Positions 39,488 through 50,600 of a stretch of 64,000 bases of DNA are shown here, one piece after another; positions within the stretch are counted from its first letter, which is position 1; each line of letters opens with the position of its first letter. Source of the DNA: Dehalococcoidia bacterium (GTDB taxonomy: Bacteria; Chloroflexota; Dehalococcoidia; SM23-28-2; RBG-16-64-32); contig OY762959.1 of NCBI GenBank assembly GCA_963667205.1, positions 1,875,601-1,939,600 of the forward strand, in the 5' to 3' direction. The position numbers and the translations under genes were made by a program. The notes under the pieces were generated by a model that saw only the letters and a list, made by a program, of their open reading frames with translations, did no database searches and had not been told where the DNA came from.

Positions 39488-40399
39488 GTGCCGGTCCGGG
39501 CTCTAGGATGCGCTTGCTCCTGGGGCCTGATCGGCGGCTACGAAACCACGCTCGAGACACCATACGCGCAGGTGCTGGACGAGATGGCCGCCGCCGGCTA
39601 CACCGGCACCGAACTGGGCGACTGGGGTTACCTGCCGACCGATCCCCAGCAGCTCAGCGACGAACTCGCCGCGCGCGGCCTAGCGATGATCGGTGGACTG
39701 GTGCCCGCGGCGCTGGCGGACCGCGCCGCGCACGCGAGCGGGATCGCCGACGCGCTGCGCGCGGCACGGCTTATCGCTGCGGTGGCGTCCGCAGGCGCGC
39801 CTCCTCCGTTTCTGATTCTCGCCGACACGATCGGTTCGAACCCGGCGCGCGTCCAAATCGCCGGCCGCATCGCGCCGGAGCAGGGCCTCTCGGATGAGCA
39901 GTGGAGCGCCTTTGGAGAGGGCGCCGGGGCGATCGCCCGCGCCGTCCGCGACGAGACCGGCCTGCGCACCGTCTTCCACCACCACTGCGCCGGCTACGTC
40001 GAGACGCCCGCCGAGACGGCCCGGCTGATGGAGCTGACGGAGGCTGGCGACCTCGGTCTCTGCTTCGACACGGGCCACTGGGCGCTCGGCGGCGGGGACG
40101 TCCTCGAGGCTTTCCGCCGCTACCGCGAACGCATCTGGCACGTCCATTTCAAGGAGTACCACGCCGCCGTCGCGGAGCAGATGCGGTCGCAGGGAGTGGA
40201 CTACTTCGAGGGCCTGGCGAAGCGCGTCTTCCACCGGCCCGGCACTGGCAATGTCGACTTTCCCGCGCTCCTCACGGCGATGCGGTCGTCCGGGTACGAG
40301 GGTTGGGTCGTCGTCGAGGATGAGCTGCCACCGGGCGATGGCAACCCCAAAGAGAGCGCGCTCGCCGACCGCGAGTACCTGCGAGGCCTGGGCCTCTGA
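39488..40399 (+). CDS. IolE-like TIM-barrel sugar isomerase/dehydratase
   Basis: CSWG, GTELGDWGYLPTDP, FHHHC, DTGH, HVHFK. Confidence 0.82.
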   Translation: MPVRALGCACSWGLIGGYETTLETPYAQVLDEMAAAGYTGTELGDWGYLPTDPQQLSDELAARGLAMIGGLVPAALADRAAHASGIADALRAARLIAAVASAGAPPPFLILADTIGSNPARVQIAGRIAPEQGLSDEQWSAFGEGAGAIARAVRDETGLRTVFHHHCAGYVETPAETARLMELTEAGDLGLCFDTGHWALGGGDVLEAFRRYRERIWHVHFKEYHAAVAEQMRSQGVDYFEGLAKRVFHRPGTGNVDFPALLTAMRSSGYEGWVVVEDELPPGDGNPKESALADREYLRGLGL

Positions 40400-40457
40400 C
40401 GGGTGGCCTCATCCGGCGCCTGTGGCGCTGCTGGCGTCGCGCCGGGCGCGGCAGAGG

Positions 40458-41870
40458 CTAGCCGGGCCTTGAGGCGTCCGGTTGCTCCTCCGCCGCCGGG
40501 GGGCGCGTCAGGAGCACGAGCGTTACGTAGCCGAGAACCGCGGAGACCAGCGACGCGGCGAGGATGCCCATCTTGCCGTCGTTGATCAGCGATTCGCTAT
40601 CGAACGCCAGCTCGTCCACGAACAGCGCGACCGTAAATCCGACGCCGCCCAGCAGACCGACCCCCAGCACCTGCCCCCAGCTCATCGACCGCGGCAGGGA
40701 GGCGAGACCAAGCCGGACGGCGAGCCACGCCCCCAGGAAGATGCCGATCGGCTTGCCGAACACGAGGCCGAAGACGACGCCCTGCGAGACGTCGCTCGAT
40801 ACGGCGTCGCTGACGCTGTCCCAGGAGATGACTACGCCGGCGTTGGCAAGCGCAAAGACGGGCACGACGATGAAGCTCGTTAAGGGGAGCAGGAGGCGCT
40901 CCAGCCGTTCCAAGGGGGACTCGGTGCCCTGGGTGAGCGCCTCGATCTGGCCGAGGAAGTGTTGCGCCGCTTGCTCGTCTCCTCGGGCGTGGGCGTCGCG
41001 ATATTTCGCGAAGAGGTCCTCCATCGATTCTTCGAACCGCGAGGTGCCGTAATACGGGTTGGCGGGCGTCATCAGGCCCATAGCGACGCCGGCGATCGTG
41101 GCATGCACGCCCGATTCGTGCATCGCCACCCAGGCGAACCCGCCCACGAGCATGTAGACGCTGATGTCGCGCACTCCGGCCCGGCTCATGCCGGCGATGA
41201 AGGCGAGAATCCCGCCGGCGATTAGCAACGATAGAATCGAGAGGTCGGACGTGTAGAAGACGGCGATTACGGTGATCGCGCCGATGTCGTCCGCGATCGC
41301 CAGCGCGAGCAGGAACACACGCAGTTGGGAGGGTATCCTGCGGCCGATAAGCGCGAGGATGCCGAGTGCGAAGGCGATGTCCGTCGCCATCGGGATCCCC
41401 CATCCACGGCTGCCGTCGTCGCCGGCGTTCAGCGCGATGTAGATCAGCGCCGGGACGACCATGCCGCCCACTGCGGCCGTCACAGGCAGCATCGCCTTCC
41501 GGAACCCGGCCAGCTCGCCTCGCGTCAGCTCTCGCTTGATCTCGAGCCCGACGACGAAGAAGAAGAACGTCATCAGGCCGTCGTTGATCCAGCCGTGCAG
41601 GTCCTCCTCAATATGGAAGATGCCGGCGTCGACGGAGAGCTGCGACCCGAAGAGGTCGAAGTAGGCTTCGTCCCACGGTGAGTTCGCCCAGACGAGGGCG
41701 ACGACGGCGGCTACGAGCAGCGCGACACCACCAAGGACCTCCGTGTGTATGAAGCGCTGCGCCGGCTGCACGACCTGCCGGAAAACGTATGAGCGTTCGG
41801 CTTCGTACTCTACTTCGCCACGGCTGCGGGGTGGGGTGCCGGCATGAGAGTGTTCGGGACCTTGGGACAT
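40458..41870 (-). CDS. nhaA: Na+/H+ antiporter NhaA
   Basis: WINDGLM, GLEIKRE, GWGIPMATDIAF, LAIADD, GKPIG. Confidence 0.95.
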   Translation of the reverse strand: MSQGPEHSHAGTPPRSRGEVEYEAERSYVFRQVVQPAQRFIHTEVLGGVALLVAAVVALVWANSPWDEAYFDLFGSQLSVDAGIFHIEEDLHGWINDGLMTFFFFVVGLEIKRELTRGELAGFRKAMLPVTAAVGGMVVPALIYIALNAGDDGSRGWGIPMATDIAFALGILALIGRRIPSQLRVFLLALAIADDIGAITVIAVFYTSDLSILSLLIAGGILAFIAGMSRAGVRDISVYMLVGGFAWVAMHESGVHATIAGVAMGLMTPANPYYGTSRFEESMEDLFAKYRDAHARGDEQAAQHFLGQIEALTQGTESPLERLERLLLPLTSFIVVPVFALANAGVVISWDSVSDAVSSDVSQGVVFGLVFGKPIGIFLGAWLAVRLGLASLPRSMSWGQVLGVGLLGGVGFTVALFVDELAFDSESLINDGKMGILAASLVSAVLGYVTLVLLTRPPAAEEQPDASRPG

Positions 41871-41938
41871 CGGGATGTAGTTTACCCGCCGCCCTCGCTA
41901 CGCGCGCGGCAGAGGGGGCCGCACGACGCTGGCGCCGT

Positions 41939-42712
41939 TCACTCCGGCGTCACGTAGGCGGCGCTGATGCCGCCGTCGATCACGAACTGCGCGCCGTTCA
42001 TGAACGACGACTCGTCCGAAGCAAGGTAGAGAGCCGCCTGGGCGATCTCTTTCGACTCGCCGAAACGCCCGACCGGGATGTGGACGAGCCGCCGCTGCAG
42101 CTTCGCGTCCGTGTCCAGGAACTTCATCAGGAGCTCCGTCTTGAGCGGGCCGGGGCAGAGGGCGTTGATGCGGATGTTCTCTTTCGCGTGGACGATCGCC
42201 AGCTCGCGCGTCATCGCCAGGACTGCCCCCTTCGATGCCGTGTACGCCACCTGGGCCGCCGCCGAACCCATCAGCGCGACGAGAGACGCGGTGTTGATCA
42301 CGGAGCCGCCGCCAGCGCGTCGCAGCGCCGGGATACCGTACTTGCAGCCCAGGAAGACGCCCTTGGCGTTGATATCCATCGTCAGATCCCAGACGTGCTC
42401 GGTCGTCGAGATCGCGTCGTCGTCGTCGGCGTGCATGATGCCGGCGTTGTTGAAGAGCACGTTGAGCTTGCCGAACGCCCGCTCTGCCGCCTCCACCATT
42501 TCGCGGCAGTCGTCGCCGATCGAGACGTCGGCGCGGATGGCGATGGCGCGCCCGCCGTTGCTCTTGATCTCGGCTTCCGTGCCGCGCGCCGCGTCCTCGT
42601 TGAGGTCGACGGAGACGACCGCCGCGCCCTCTTTCGCGAAGAGGATCGTGCTCTCCCGCCCGATTCCACTGCCTGCGCCCGTGATCAGCGCTACCTTATC
42701 TTCTAATCGCAT
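41939..42712 (-). CDS. Short-chain dehydrogenase/reductase
   Basis: TGAGSGIG, NNAG, YTASKG. Confidence 0.92.
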   Translation of the reverse strand: MRLEDKVALITGAGSGIGRESTILFAKEGAAVVSVDLNEDAARGTEAEIKSNGGRAIAIRADVSIGDDCREMVEAAERAFGKLNVLFNNAGIMHADDDDAISTTEHVWDLTMDINAKGVFLGCKYGIPALRRAGGGSVINTASLVALMGSAAAQVAYTASKGAVLAMTRELAIVHAKENIRINALCPGPLKTELLMKFLDTDAKLQRRLVHIPVGRFGESKEIAQAALYLASDESSFMNGAQFVIDGGISAAYVTPE

Positions 42713-42714
42713 CG

Positions 42715-44079
42715 CTAGATCCTCTCGAAATAGCGCCACCGTTCCCAGTCGGTGACGGCGTTGTCGTACTGCGTGGCCTCGACATCAAAGAGGTGCGCGT
42801 AGTGCTCGTGAGCTTCGGCGCCGAACGCCTCGCGCGCGAAGTCGCTGTTCGCGAAGGTGGTCGCCGCCTCGCGCAAGGTGGCGGGGGCGCGCGCCAGGTC
42901 CTGCGCCTGGTAGACGTCGCCGGCGAACTCCGCGGGCGGCTCGGTTTTGCTAGCGATGCCGTCCAGGCCAGATGCCAGGACGGCAGCGTAGACGAGGTAA
43001 GGGTTGCAGTCGGCGCCCGGGACGCGGCACTCGATCCGCCGCGCCGCGCCGCTGCCGACGACCCGGAAGCCGGCGGTGCGGTTGTCCTCGCTCCAGGCGA
43101 GGCCGACCGGCGCCCACGAGCCCGGCTGGTAGCGCTTGTACGAGTTAACCGTCGGTGCGTAGAAAGGCATTACGTCGCTGGCGTGAGCCATCCAGCCGCC
43201 GAGGAACCAGCGGAAGGCGTCGGTGTCGGCGCCGCCTTCGTCGCTGAAGGCAGGGCTGCCGTCCCGCCAGAGGCTGACGTGGACGTGGCAGCTGGAGCCG
43301 GCCTGGCCGGTGAGCGGTTTCGCCATGAACGTCACGCTGACGCCGGTGGCGTCGGCGATCTCCTTCATGGCGAGCTTCATCACGCTGTGCCGGTCGGCCA
43401 TCGTCAGCAGGTCGCAGTAGCGGATGTTCATCTCGTGCTGGCCGCGCCCCCACTCGCCCTTCGAGTTCTCGACGGGGATGCCGGAGGCCGCCAGGTGACG
43501 CCTGACCGGGCCGTTGTATCGCTCCTCGCGTGCGCCCTGCAGCAAGTGGTAGTCCTCGATGTACCAGCTGGCCGGGTCGAGGTCGCTGTACTTCTTCTCG
43601 GCCGCCTCGCGGTAGGTGTCGTCGAAGATGTAGTATTCAAGTTCCGATGCGCCCTTCGCCGTGAAGCCGGCCTCCGCGGCGCGATCGAGCTGGCGCCGCA
43701 GGACCGACCGGGGCGCCACAGCGACGGGGGCGTGCGCCTTCTCGTCCTCGACGTCGCAGAGAACGAGCGCCGTCCGCTCAAGCCAGGAGGCGAGGCGCAG
43801 CGTCTCGAGGTCGGGGACGAGGTGGAAGTCGCCGAAGCCCTGCTCCCAGCTTGCGTAGCTGTAGCCGGCGATGGGCTCCATCTCCATGTCGACGGTTAGC
43901 AGGTAGTCGCAGGCGTGAGTGCCGTCAGCAGCAGCCTCTTCAAGGAAGAACGAGGCGTCGAAGCGCTTGCCGTGCAGCCGGCCGTAGTGGTCAGCGAAGG
44001 CGACAACGACGGTGTCGATCTCGCCGGCGCTGGTCTTCGATCGCAGGTCCTTCAGGGTGAGCATTCCAGGCGCCGCCAC
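42715..44079 (-). CDS. Glutamine synthetase-like gamma-glutamyl ligase
   Basis: ELEYY, GEWGRGQHE, FMAKP, GSSCHVH, NSYKR, DNRT, ECRVPGAD. Confidence 0.9.
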   Translation of the reverse strand: MAAPGMLTLKDLRSKTSAGEIDTVVVAFADHYGRLHGKRFDASFFLEEAAADGTHACDYLLTVDMEMEPIAGYSYASWEQGFGDFHLVPDLETLRLASWLERTALVLCDVEDEKAHAPVAVAPRSVLRRQLDRAAEAGFTAKGASELEYYIFDDTYREAAEKKYSDLDPASWYIEDYHLLQGAREERYNGPVRRHLAASGIPVENSKGEWGRGQHEMNIRYCDLLTMADRHSVMKLAMKEIADATGVSVTFMAKPLTGQAGSSCHVHVSLWRDGSPAFSDEGGADTDAFRWFLGGWMAHASDVMPFYAPTVNSYKRYQPGSWAPVGLAWSEDNRTAGFRVVGSGAARRIECRVPGADCNPYLVYAAVLASGLDGIASKTEPPAEFAGDVYQAQDLARAPATLREAATTFANSDFAREAFGAEAHEHYAHLFDVEATQYDNAVTDWERWRYFERI

Positions 44080-44623
44080 GGCGGTCCTCCAGTTCGGGAT
44101 GCTCCCGATTATCTATGAACGGGCTGCGAACGGAAAGCCGGTGGCACTCGTGACGAGTGGGCGGGTGCCCGGTCAGCGGGCGTCGGTTGTTGGGCGGCGG
44201 CCGGTCGGCGGGAGCCGCGCGACCGTCCCGGCGGCACTCCAACCCACAGCAATGCAGAGTAATGCGAGAAAGAAAGTAGTAAGAACAAAGAACACTCAGT
44301 AATAATCTGTGTCTATCAGCAGTTCACAGGCATCTCGAACACGCGGCTTCTGGCGGCGACTGCTTCTGGCTGGGAAGACGACGTCTCCGTGGACGATCCC
44401 TACGGGACCTAGACGCTGGCAGACCTGTGAAGGAAACGTGCGGACCCACCACCGCCGGCGATTTAAATGACACGGCCACGAACTTGCCCAGAGTTCGCGT
44501 TAACGTGCCCGAAGCCGGCCACGTTTCACCAGGCAGAGACCCCTTCTGAGCAGAGCCATCGACCGCGGGCGCTCTGGGGGAGTGGTCGCCGGACGCTGGA
44601 CGTTTGGCAGGAAGGTGGGGACT

Positions 44624-44836
44624 ATGAGCCGGAAAGCGGGCCCTCTTCTCACGATAAACGACGTCGCCGAGAGGCTTGGCCTCAGCGTTCACCACGCTCG
44701 CCGGCTGACTCGCAGAGGCGCCCTACCCGGCGTGAAGATCGCGAGCCAGTGGCGTTATCATCCTCGTCACCTGCCGCGATCGGTAAGCCGGGCGCAGCGC
44801 CTGAGAGCCGACGGGCGGCGCATCAACGCCCAGTAA
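44624..44836 (+). CDS. Excisionase-like HTH protein
   Basis: LLTINDVAERLGLS...LPGVKIASQWR. Confidence 0.75.
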   Translation: MSRKAGPLLTINDVAERLGLSVHHARRLTRRGALPGVKIASQWRYHPRHLPRSVSRAQRLRADGRRINAQ

Positions 44837-44838
44837 AC

Positions 44839-45049
44839 GCCGCGGTCAACGAAGAGCCGTTTTTTTGTCGACGGCAGCCCGGTATACATCGCGATGAGCG
44901 TTGGCGTTGGCGCGGTGCGTTTCGACGCTAGTTCGGGTCCGACGGCGCTACTGCGGGATGCCGACGCTGCGCTCAGCCAGGCCAAGTCGGCCGGCAAGAA
45001 CCGCGTCGTCGTCGCCGCAACGAGTGACCGCGTCCGGGCCGGCAACTGA
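44839..45049 (+). pseudogene. C-terminal fragment of a GGDEF domain
   Basis: IAMSVGV...LLRDADAALSQAKSAGKNRV; no start codon and no GGDEF motif; frameshift in a T7 run. Confidence 0.7.
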
Positions 45050-45123
45050 GCGCCTCAAGCGAGCCACTCAGACGCGCGTCGTGCCCGTAAGACACCGATG
45101 GTATAAACTCCCTGCGTGCGACA

Positions 45124-45327
45124 TTGGCGACGCGATCATCCGGGAAGGATGACAGCGCGCAGCTTATGACAATCGAAGCTGCTGAGTTCCTGCGCTTTCA
45201 TCCCTCAACGGTCTACCGTCTTGCCTGGCAGAAGGCGATCCCGGCCGTGAAGGTCGGCAAGCAGTGGCGTATTCACCGAGGGACGCTGGACGACTGGGTG
45301 CAGGACCAGATCCGCGGCGGAAGCTAG
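45124..45327 (+). CDS. Excisionase-like HTH protein (5' end uncertain)
   Basis: EAAEFLRFHPSTVYRLA...IPAVKVGKQWRI. Confidence 0.8.
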   Translation: MATRSSGKDDSAQLMTIEAAEFLRFHPSTVYRLAWQKAIPAVKVGKQWRIHRGTLDDWVQDQIRGGS

Positions 45328-45529
45328 CGCCGGCAGGGCTCCTTAACTTGGCGGCGACCCTCGTGAGCGCACTCGCTGGCGGATGATGTTCTTGACCACG
45401 GGCGCGAGGAAGGACCGTCGGCTCACCGGAGACCATCTTCTCGCACGGGTGAACAGCCGCATGCGCCATCAGGCACACGAAGGAAGAGCCGAACGGACTT
45501 TGCTTGCGAGGGCCGCCGGTCAGGGTCGG

Positions 45530-45730
45530 TCAGCTGCGGGTGAGGCTCTTTGGCTTGAACTCTGAGAGGGCCGCGATTTCCTAGCGGTTCACGTAAGAGC
45601 GGCGGTCTCCGGATCGGCTGTAAATCCGTAGCCGGCCGGCCTTTGCCAGTCGGTAGAGCGTCGAGCGGGAGATGCCGAACTCCTCGACAGCGTCTGTCAT
45701 CAGCATGAACCCGCGGCTGCTGCGTGGCAT
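45530..45730 (-). pseudogene. Small HTH DNA-binding protein with in-frame TAG
   Basis: MPRSSRGFMLMTDAVEEFGISRSTLYRLAKAGRLRIYSRSGDRRSYVNR*EIAALSEFKPKSLTRS; TAG at 45583-45581. Confidence 0.7.
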
Positions 45731-46029
45731 GGCGGGCTCAGCCTATCGGTGGCCCTGACGCCGCTCGACTGGTTTGCGACGTTCGATCGTACCGCGCCGG
45801 GCCGGCTGCGGGCCCTTGGGTTGCCCACCGGCCCCCCGCCTCTCGGCACCGCCGCGGCGGTCTTGCCCGCTCCTTCGGTTCGGTGTTTTCCCCATCCTTG
45901 CAGCCGCCTTCCTCTCACGTCTGCCTTGTGAGCGCTCTGCTTTCTCTTACCGAAGTGGCTGTCGAACTGCCCGCGGGGGCCGTGATGCGTGGTCGCGTCA
46001 CGCCACGGGGTCCTGAGGCTGCGATCGGT

Positions 46030-46226
46030 GTCCTTGAGGCTCTTGGGCTCAAACTCCGCGAGTGCGGCAGCTCTTCGCGGTTGACGTATGAGCGGCGGTC
46101 TCCGCTGCGGCCGTAGACCCTCAGCCGGCCGGCTTTCGCCAGGAAGTAGAGCGCTGAGCGATACAGGCCGAACTCCTGGGCAGCGTGGGACATTAGAATG
46201 AATCCTTGTCCGCTTGAAGCTGCCAT
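46030..46226 (-). pseudogene. Paralog of the preceding HTH gene, frameshifted
   Basis: AAQEFGLYRSALYFLAKAGRLRVYGRSGDRRSYVNREEL; the matching AALAEFEPKSL lies in another frame. Confidence 0.65.
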
Positions 46227-46320
46227 GACCCTTGACCGTATTGTACAACTGTGTCAACCGGCCTATCGCAAGGGTCGCGCGAGACGTATGAAAGAGTGAA
46301 GTACTAGCAAGGAGAGAGCA

Positions 46321-46614
46321 ATGAAGAAGTTCATGTTTCTGCATTTCGGATTTGAGCAACCCACGCCTGAAATCATGGAGGCCTGGGGGAAATGGTTCGC
46401 GTCGGTCGCCGACAAGCAGGTCGACCAGGGCGGTTTCAGCGGCGGGCGAGAAATCTCAAAGACGGGAGCCGAAGATCTGCCGTGGGGCATGGAGTCCATC
46501 ACCGGCTACAACATCATCGAAGCCGAAGACCTCGACGCCGCAGAAAAGATCGCGCAAGAGAATCCATACATCGCCAGCATCAGGGTGTATGAGATCAGGT
46601 CGATGGAAGGCTAG
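46321..46614 (+). CDS. YciI/DGPF-like small protein
   Basis: MEAWGKWF, ITGYNIIEAEDLDAAEKIA, IRVYEI; RBS AAGGAG. Confidence 0.8.
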   Translation: MKKFMFLHFGFEQPTPEIMEAWGKWFASVADKQVDQGGFSGGREISKTGAEDLPWGMESITGYNIIEAEDLDAAEKIAQENPYIASIRVYEIRSMEG

Positions 46615-46618
46615 GATC

Positions 46619-46696
46619 TGGTCGGGGCGGTCGGATTCGAACCGACGACCTCCTGACCCCCAGTCAGGTGCGCTAACCGGACTGCGCCACGCCCCG
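46619..46696 (-). tRNA. tRNA-Pro(GGG)
   Basis: CGGGGCG/CGCCCCG acceptor stem, anticodon arm CCTGA-CTGGGGG-TCAGG, GGTTCGAATCC T-loop, encoded CCA. Confidence 0.97.
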
Positions 46697-46793
46697 AACC
46701 GCCCATAATGCTAGCACGCGAGCGGAGGGACGTGGAACACGGGACCCAGACACGGAGCGCTAGCCTGCGCCGTGAGGCGGGGTGGAGTGCCGC

Positions 46794-47618
46794 CTAGTTC
46801 GTGAGGTACGAGACGGCGATGATCACGGCTCCGACCGCAGCGACGCCGCCGAACTCTGCCACGGTCTGACGGCTGAGCTTGCTGTCGAGGTAGTTGTGCA
46901 TGAGCCCCGTCGTCAGGTAGAAGGCCAGCAGGAGGAGGACGGCCGCAGCGCTCTCCTCCAGGGGCAGGAAGTGCGTCGTCCAGGCGGCCTCGGCGATCAG
47001 TCCGCCGATCGCCAGCGCATAGAGGATCGTCCGCGTCGTGTCGAGGCCCTTCTCGCGCAGTACCTCGATCGCCAGCAGGACGCTGACGATGCCCGCGGCG
47101 AACGACGACGTCACGAGGCCCAGATCGAAGTCGAAGATCGTGGCGAAGAAGAGGAACGCGATGACGTAGGTCGCGATGTTGAGCACGAGCCGCGCCGCCT
47201 GGTACGACGGTGCGAGGCGGTCGACGGATTCGTACTCGGCGCGCAGGATCGCCCAGAAGGGGATCACCGAGGCGAGTCCGATGCCGACGGTTTCGTAGCC
47301 ACCGACGACGTCCTCGAGGAAGAGGCCGAGGCCAAGCGTGAACAGCACCGGCACGAAGAGGTAGAGCGCAGTCTCGTCAACGCCGTGGAAGTCCGCGTGC
47401 GGGTGGTTGCGGACGACGCTGTCGGTGGCGATAGCGGCAAGGCCGGCGAGGAGGAGCAGGAGCCAGTCCTGGGTCGGCTCGACGGCCAGATAGGCGACCA
47501 TGCCGAGCGCGAGGACAACGGCCAGCACGTGCACGCGGTCCAGCCGGCCGACGTCCGAGCCCTGGGCGAGCGGGTCGCCTCCCCGACGATCCCGCGTGAA
47601 TTCGTTCACGGTGGACAA
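46794..47618 (-). CDS. Multi-pass membrane protein of unknown function
   Basis: Many hydrophobic segments; directly downstream of mfd. Confidence 0.8.
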   Translation of the reverse strand: MSTVNEFTRDRRGGDPLAQGSDVGRLDRVHVLAVVLALGMVAYLAVEPTQDWLLLLLAGLAAIATDSVVRNHPHADFHGVDETALYLFVPVLFTLGLGLFLEDVVGGYETVGIGLASVIPFWAILRAEYESVDRLAPSYQAARLVLNIATYVIAFLFFATIFDFDLGLVTSSFAAGIVSVLLAIEVLREKGLDTTRTILYALAIGGLIAEAAWTTHFLPLEESAAAVLLLLAFYLTTGLMHNYLDSKLSRQTVAEFGGVAAVGAVIIAVSYLTN

Positions 47619-47633
47619 GCCTAACCGCAGCGG

Positions 47634-50600
47634 CTAATCGGTGTCAACCGGCGAGTCGGCCGCACTCTCCGCCTCTTCCTCCGCCCTCGCTGCCATGAGC
47701 AGCTCCAGCGCGCGCCGAAGCCGCTCCTGCCAGCCCTCGTCCAGGCCGACGCGTAGCATCGTGCGGCCCACCCGCACGCCACGCGGTGCCGACTCCTCAA
47801 GGGCCGCTGCCGGCAGCGTCTCACCGGCCTCCATTTTGACGACAGCGGTCGCCCCGTCGGCGATGATCGACTGCACGCCGCCGAGCTTCGACAGCGACCG
47901 CAGCGTCACGATGTAGAGCAGGTTGAGCGCCAGTGGTGGCGGCTCGCCGAAGCGGTCCACCATCTCCTGGCTGATCTTGTCCACGGCCTCCGGGTCATCC
48001 GCCGCACTCAGCCGCTGGTAGAGCGCGAGTCGCAGGTTCAGGTCGGGCACGTAGGACGGCGGCAGGTGCGCCGAGAGCGGCAGGTCGATCGACACTTCGG
48101 ACTCATCGCTCTCCGGCGGCGGCGTCTCGCCGCGCATCAGGGCACGCATCCGCTCGACGGCCCCTGAGAGCAGCTTGACGTACAGGTCGAAGCCGATCGC
48201 AGAGATGTAGCCGCTCTGCTCCGCTCCCAGGAGATTGCCCGCGCCCCGGATCTCGAGGTCGCGCTGGGCGATCTGAAAGCCGGCGCCCAGCTCCGTCGCC
48301 TCGAAGATCGTCTGCAGTCGCGCCGTCGCGGTTTCGGTCAGGCGCTTGTTCTTCTCGTAGAGCAAGTAGGCGTACGCGCGGTGGGCGCCGCGGCCCACGC
48401 GACCGCGCAACTGGTAGAGCTGAGCCAGCCCCAGCTGGTCCGCCTGGTTGATGATGATCGTGTTCACGTTCGGGATGTCCAGGCCCGACTCGATGATCGT
48501 CGTGCAGACGAGCACGTCAGTGCGGCCGTGCGTGAAGTCATCCATCGCCCGCGCCAGCTCTCGCTCGTCCATCTGCCCGTGCCCGATGCCGATGCTGGCT
48601 TCGGGCACGAGATCGCGCAGCTTGCCCGCGATCATCTCGATGTTGTGGACGCGGTTGTGCACGAAGTAGACCTGGCCGCCGCGCTCCAGCTCGCGCGCGA
48701 TGGCCTCGCGGACGAGCCGGTCGTCCGCGTTAGATACGTAGGTCTTGATCGGCAGGCGTTCCTCCGGCGGTGTCTCCATCGTCGACATATCGCGGATGCC
48801 ACCCAGCGCCATGTAGAGCGTGCGCGGGATCGGCGTCGCCGACAGCGTGAGGACGTCGACCTCGCGGCGCATCTCCTTCAGAAACTCCTTGTTGGCGACG
48901 CCGAAGCGCTGCTCTTCGTCGATCACAACGAGGCCCAGCTCCTGGAATCGGATGTCTTTCTGCAGCAGGCGGTGCGTGCCGATGACGATGTCGGTCGTGC
49001 CCTGCGGCAGCGATTTGACGATGCGCTTCTGCTCGGCGTCGCTGCGCAGCCGCGAGAGCACTTCGATGCGCACCGGGAAGGCCGCGAGGCGCTCGCGGAA
49101 CGTGTTGTAGTGCTGCTGGGCGAGGACGGTCGTCGGCACGAGTATGGCCACCTGCTTGCCGTCCATCACCGTCTTGAACGCCGCCCGCAGCGCGACCTCC
49201 GTCTTGCCGTAGCCGACGTCGCCGCAGACGAGCCGGTCCATCGGCCGCGGCGACTCCATATCGTGCTTGACGGCGTTGATCGCGGCGAGCTGGTCGGCGG
49301 TCTCGACGTAGGGGAAGCTGGCGTCCAGCTCGGCCTGCCAGGCGGTGTCCGGCGGATAGGCGTAGCCCGGCATGACCTCGCGCGAGGCGTAGAGCTGGAG
49401 CAGCCCCTTCGCCAGCTCGGCCACCGCTCTCCGCGCTCGCTGCTTCGCCCGCTGCCAGTCGCCCGCGCCCAGGCGAGTCGGCGCCGGGTGCTTGTCGGAC
49501 GGGCCGATGTAGCGGCTGACGCGGTCGAGCTGGTCGGTCGGCACGAAGAGGCGGTCGCCCTCGGCGTAGTGCAGTTCAAGGTACTCGCGCTCGTTGCCGT
49601 CGATCGTGCGGTGGATCAGCCCGGCGAAGCGGCCGATGCCGTGGTCGATGTGCACCACGTACGCGCCCTGGATGAGGTCGGCGAGGAACGCTTCGCGGTT
49701 CACCGCCTTCTTCGGCGGAGCGCGCCGCTGCTTCACGAACCCGAACACCTCGCTGTCCGTGAGCAGCGTCAGTAACCCGTCGCCGTCGGGGGAGGGACCG
49801 TCCGCGCCCAGCTTCCAGCCTTCCTGCAGCGATCCCTGCACGAGCGAGAGGTTTGGCGGCGGACTGGCCAGATCGCCGCTCACGGTGGCGTGCGTGTCCT
49901 GCTCTTCGAGCAGCTCCGCCAGGCGCTCCGCCTGCTGCGAGACGATTACGAAGCGCTGCCCCGACTGCACGCCCTGCGCGACCTCCGTGGCCAGCTTGCG
50001 CAGCTGCCCGGCGAACGCGCCCGATCCGGCGAACGGCAGCCGGACAGCGTCGCCGTCAGCGGTCGCCTTGCCTTCTTCCGGCATCGCCCAGCGGGCGAGT
50101 GTCAGCACCCGGCCGGCGGCTTCGATCTGGCGGCGGGCTTCCGGCCACGTTTCGAGGGCGGGCGGCAGGCCGTAGGGGATCTCGCCCGCCGCCTCGAGCT
50201 CCTTTTGAGTTGCTTCGCCCTGCGCCTCGGCCTCCTCGATCGCCGCCTGCACGTCCGCCTCCTCGTCCACGATCAGCAGAGCACCCGACGGCAGGTGGTC
50301 CAGCAGCGAGCACGGCGCCAGGAACTGCACGTAGAAGTCGCGCTCTTTGAATGACGCGCCGTCTCTCAGCAGCTCCAGCTCTTCCTCGATCCGCTCGCGG
50401 GCCTCGTCCGGCATCTTCTTGAGACCGAGCTTTGACAGCGGCGCGAGCCAGTCGTCGGCTGCGGACGGCAGCAGCTCCTGCGCGGGCACGATGCGCGCTT
50501 CATCGACCGCTTTCGACGTGCGCTGCGTTGAGGCGCTGAAGGTGCGGATGCTCTCGATCTCGTCGCCGAAGAACTCGACGCGCAGGGGCGCCCGTTCCGT

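Noticed and set aside
7307-45583. Stop-codon reassignment (TGA or TAG read as Trp, Sec or Pyl), suggested by four in-frame stops at 7309, 8191, 30410 and 45583
   Set aside because: TGA and TAG both terminate many normal genes here and TGG is used freely. The four sites mix both codons and each is one substitution from a sense codon, so nonsense mutation or error is simpler.
44240-46696. Intact prophage or ICE at tRNA-Pro
   Set aside because: No integrase, att repeat, structural or conjugation genes were seen.
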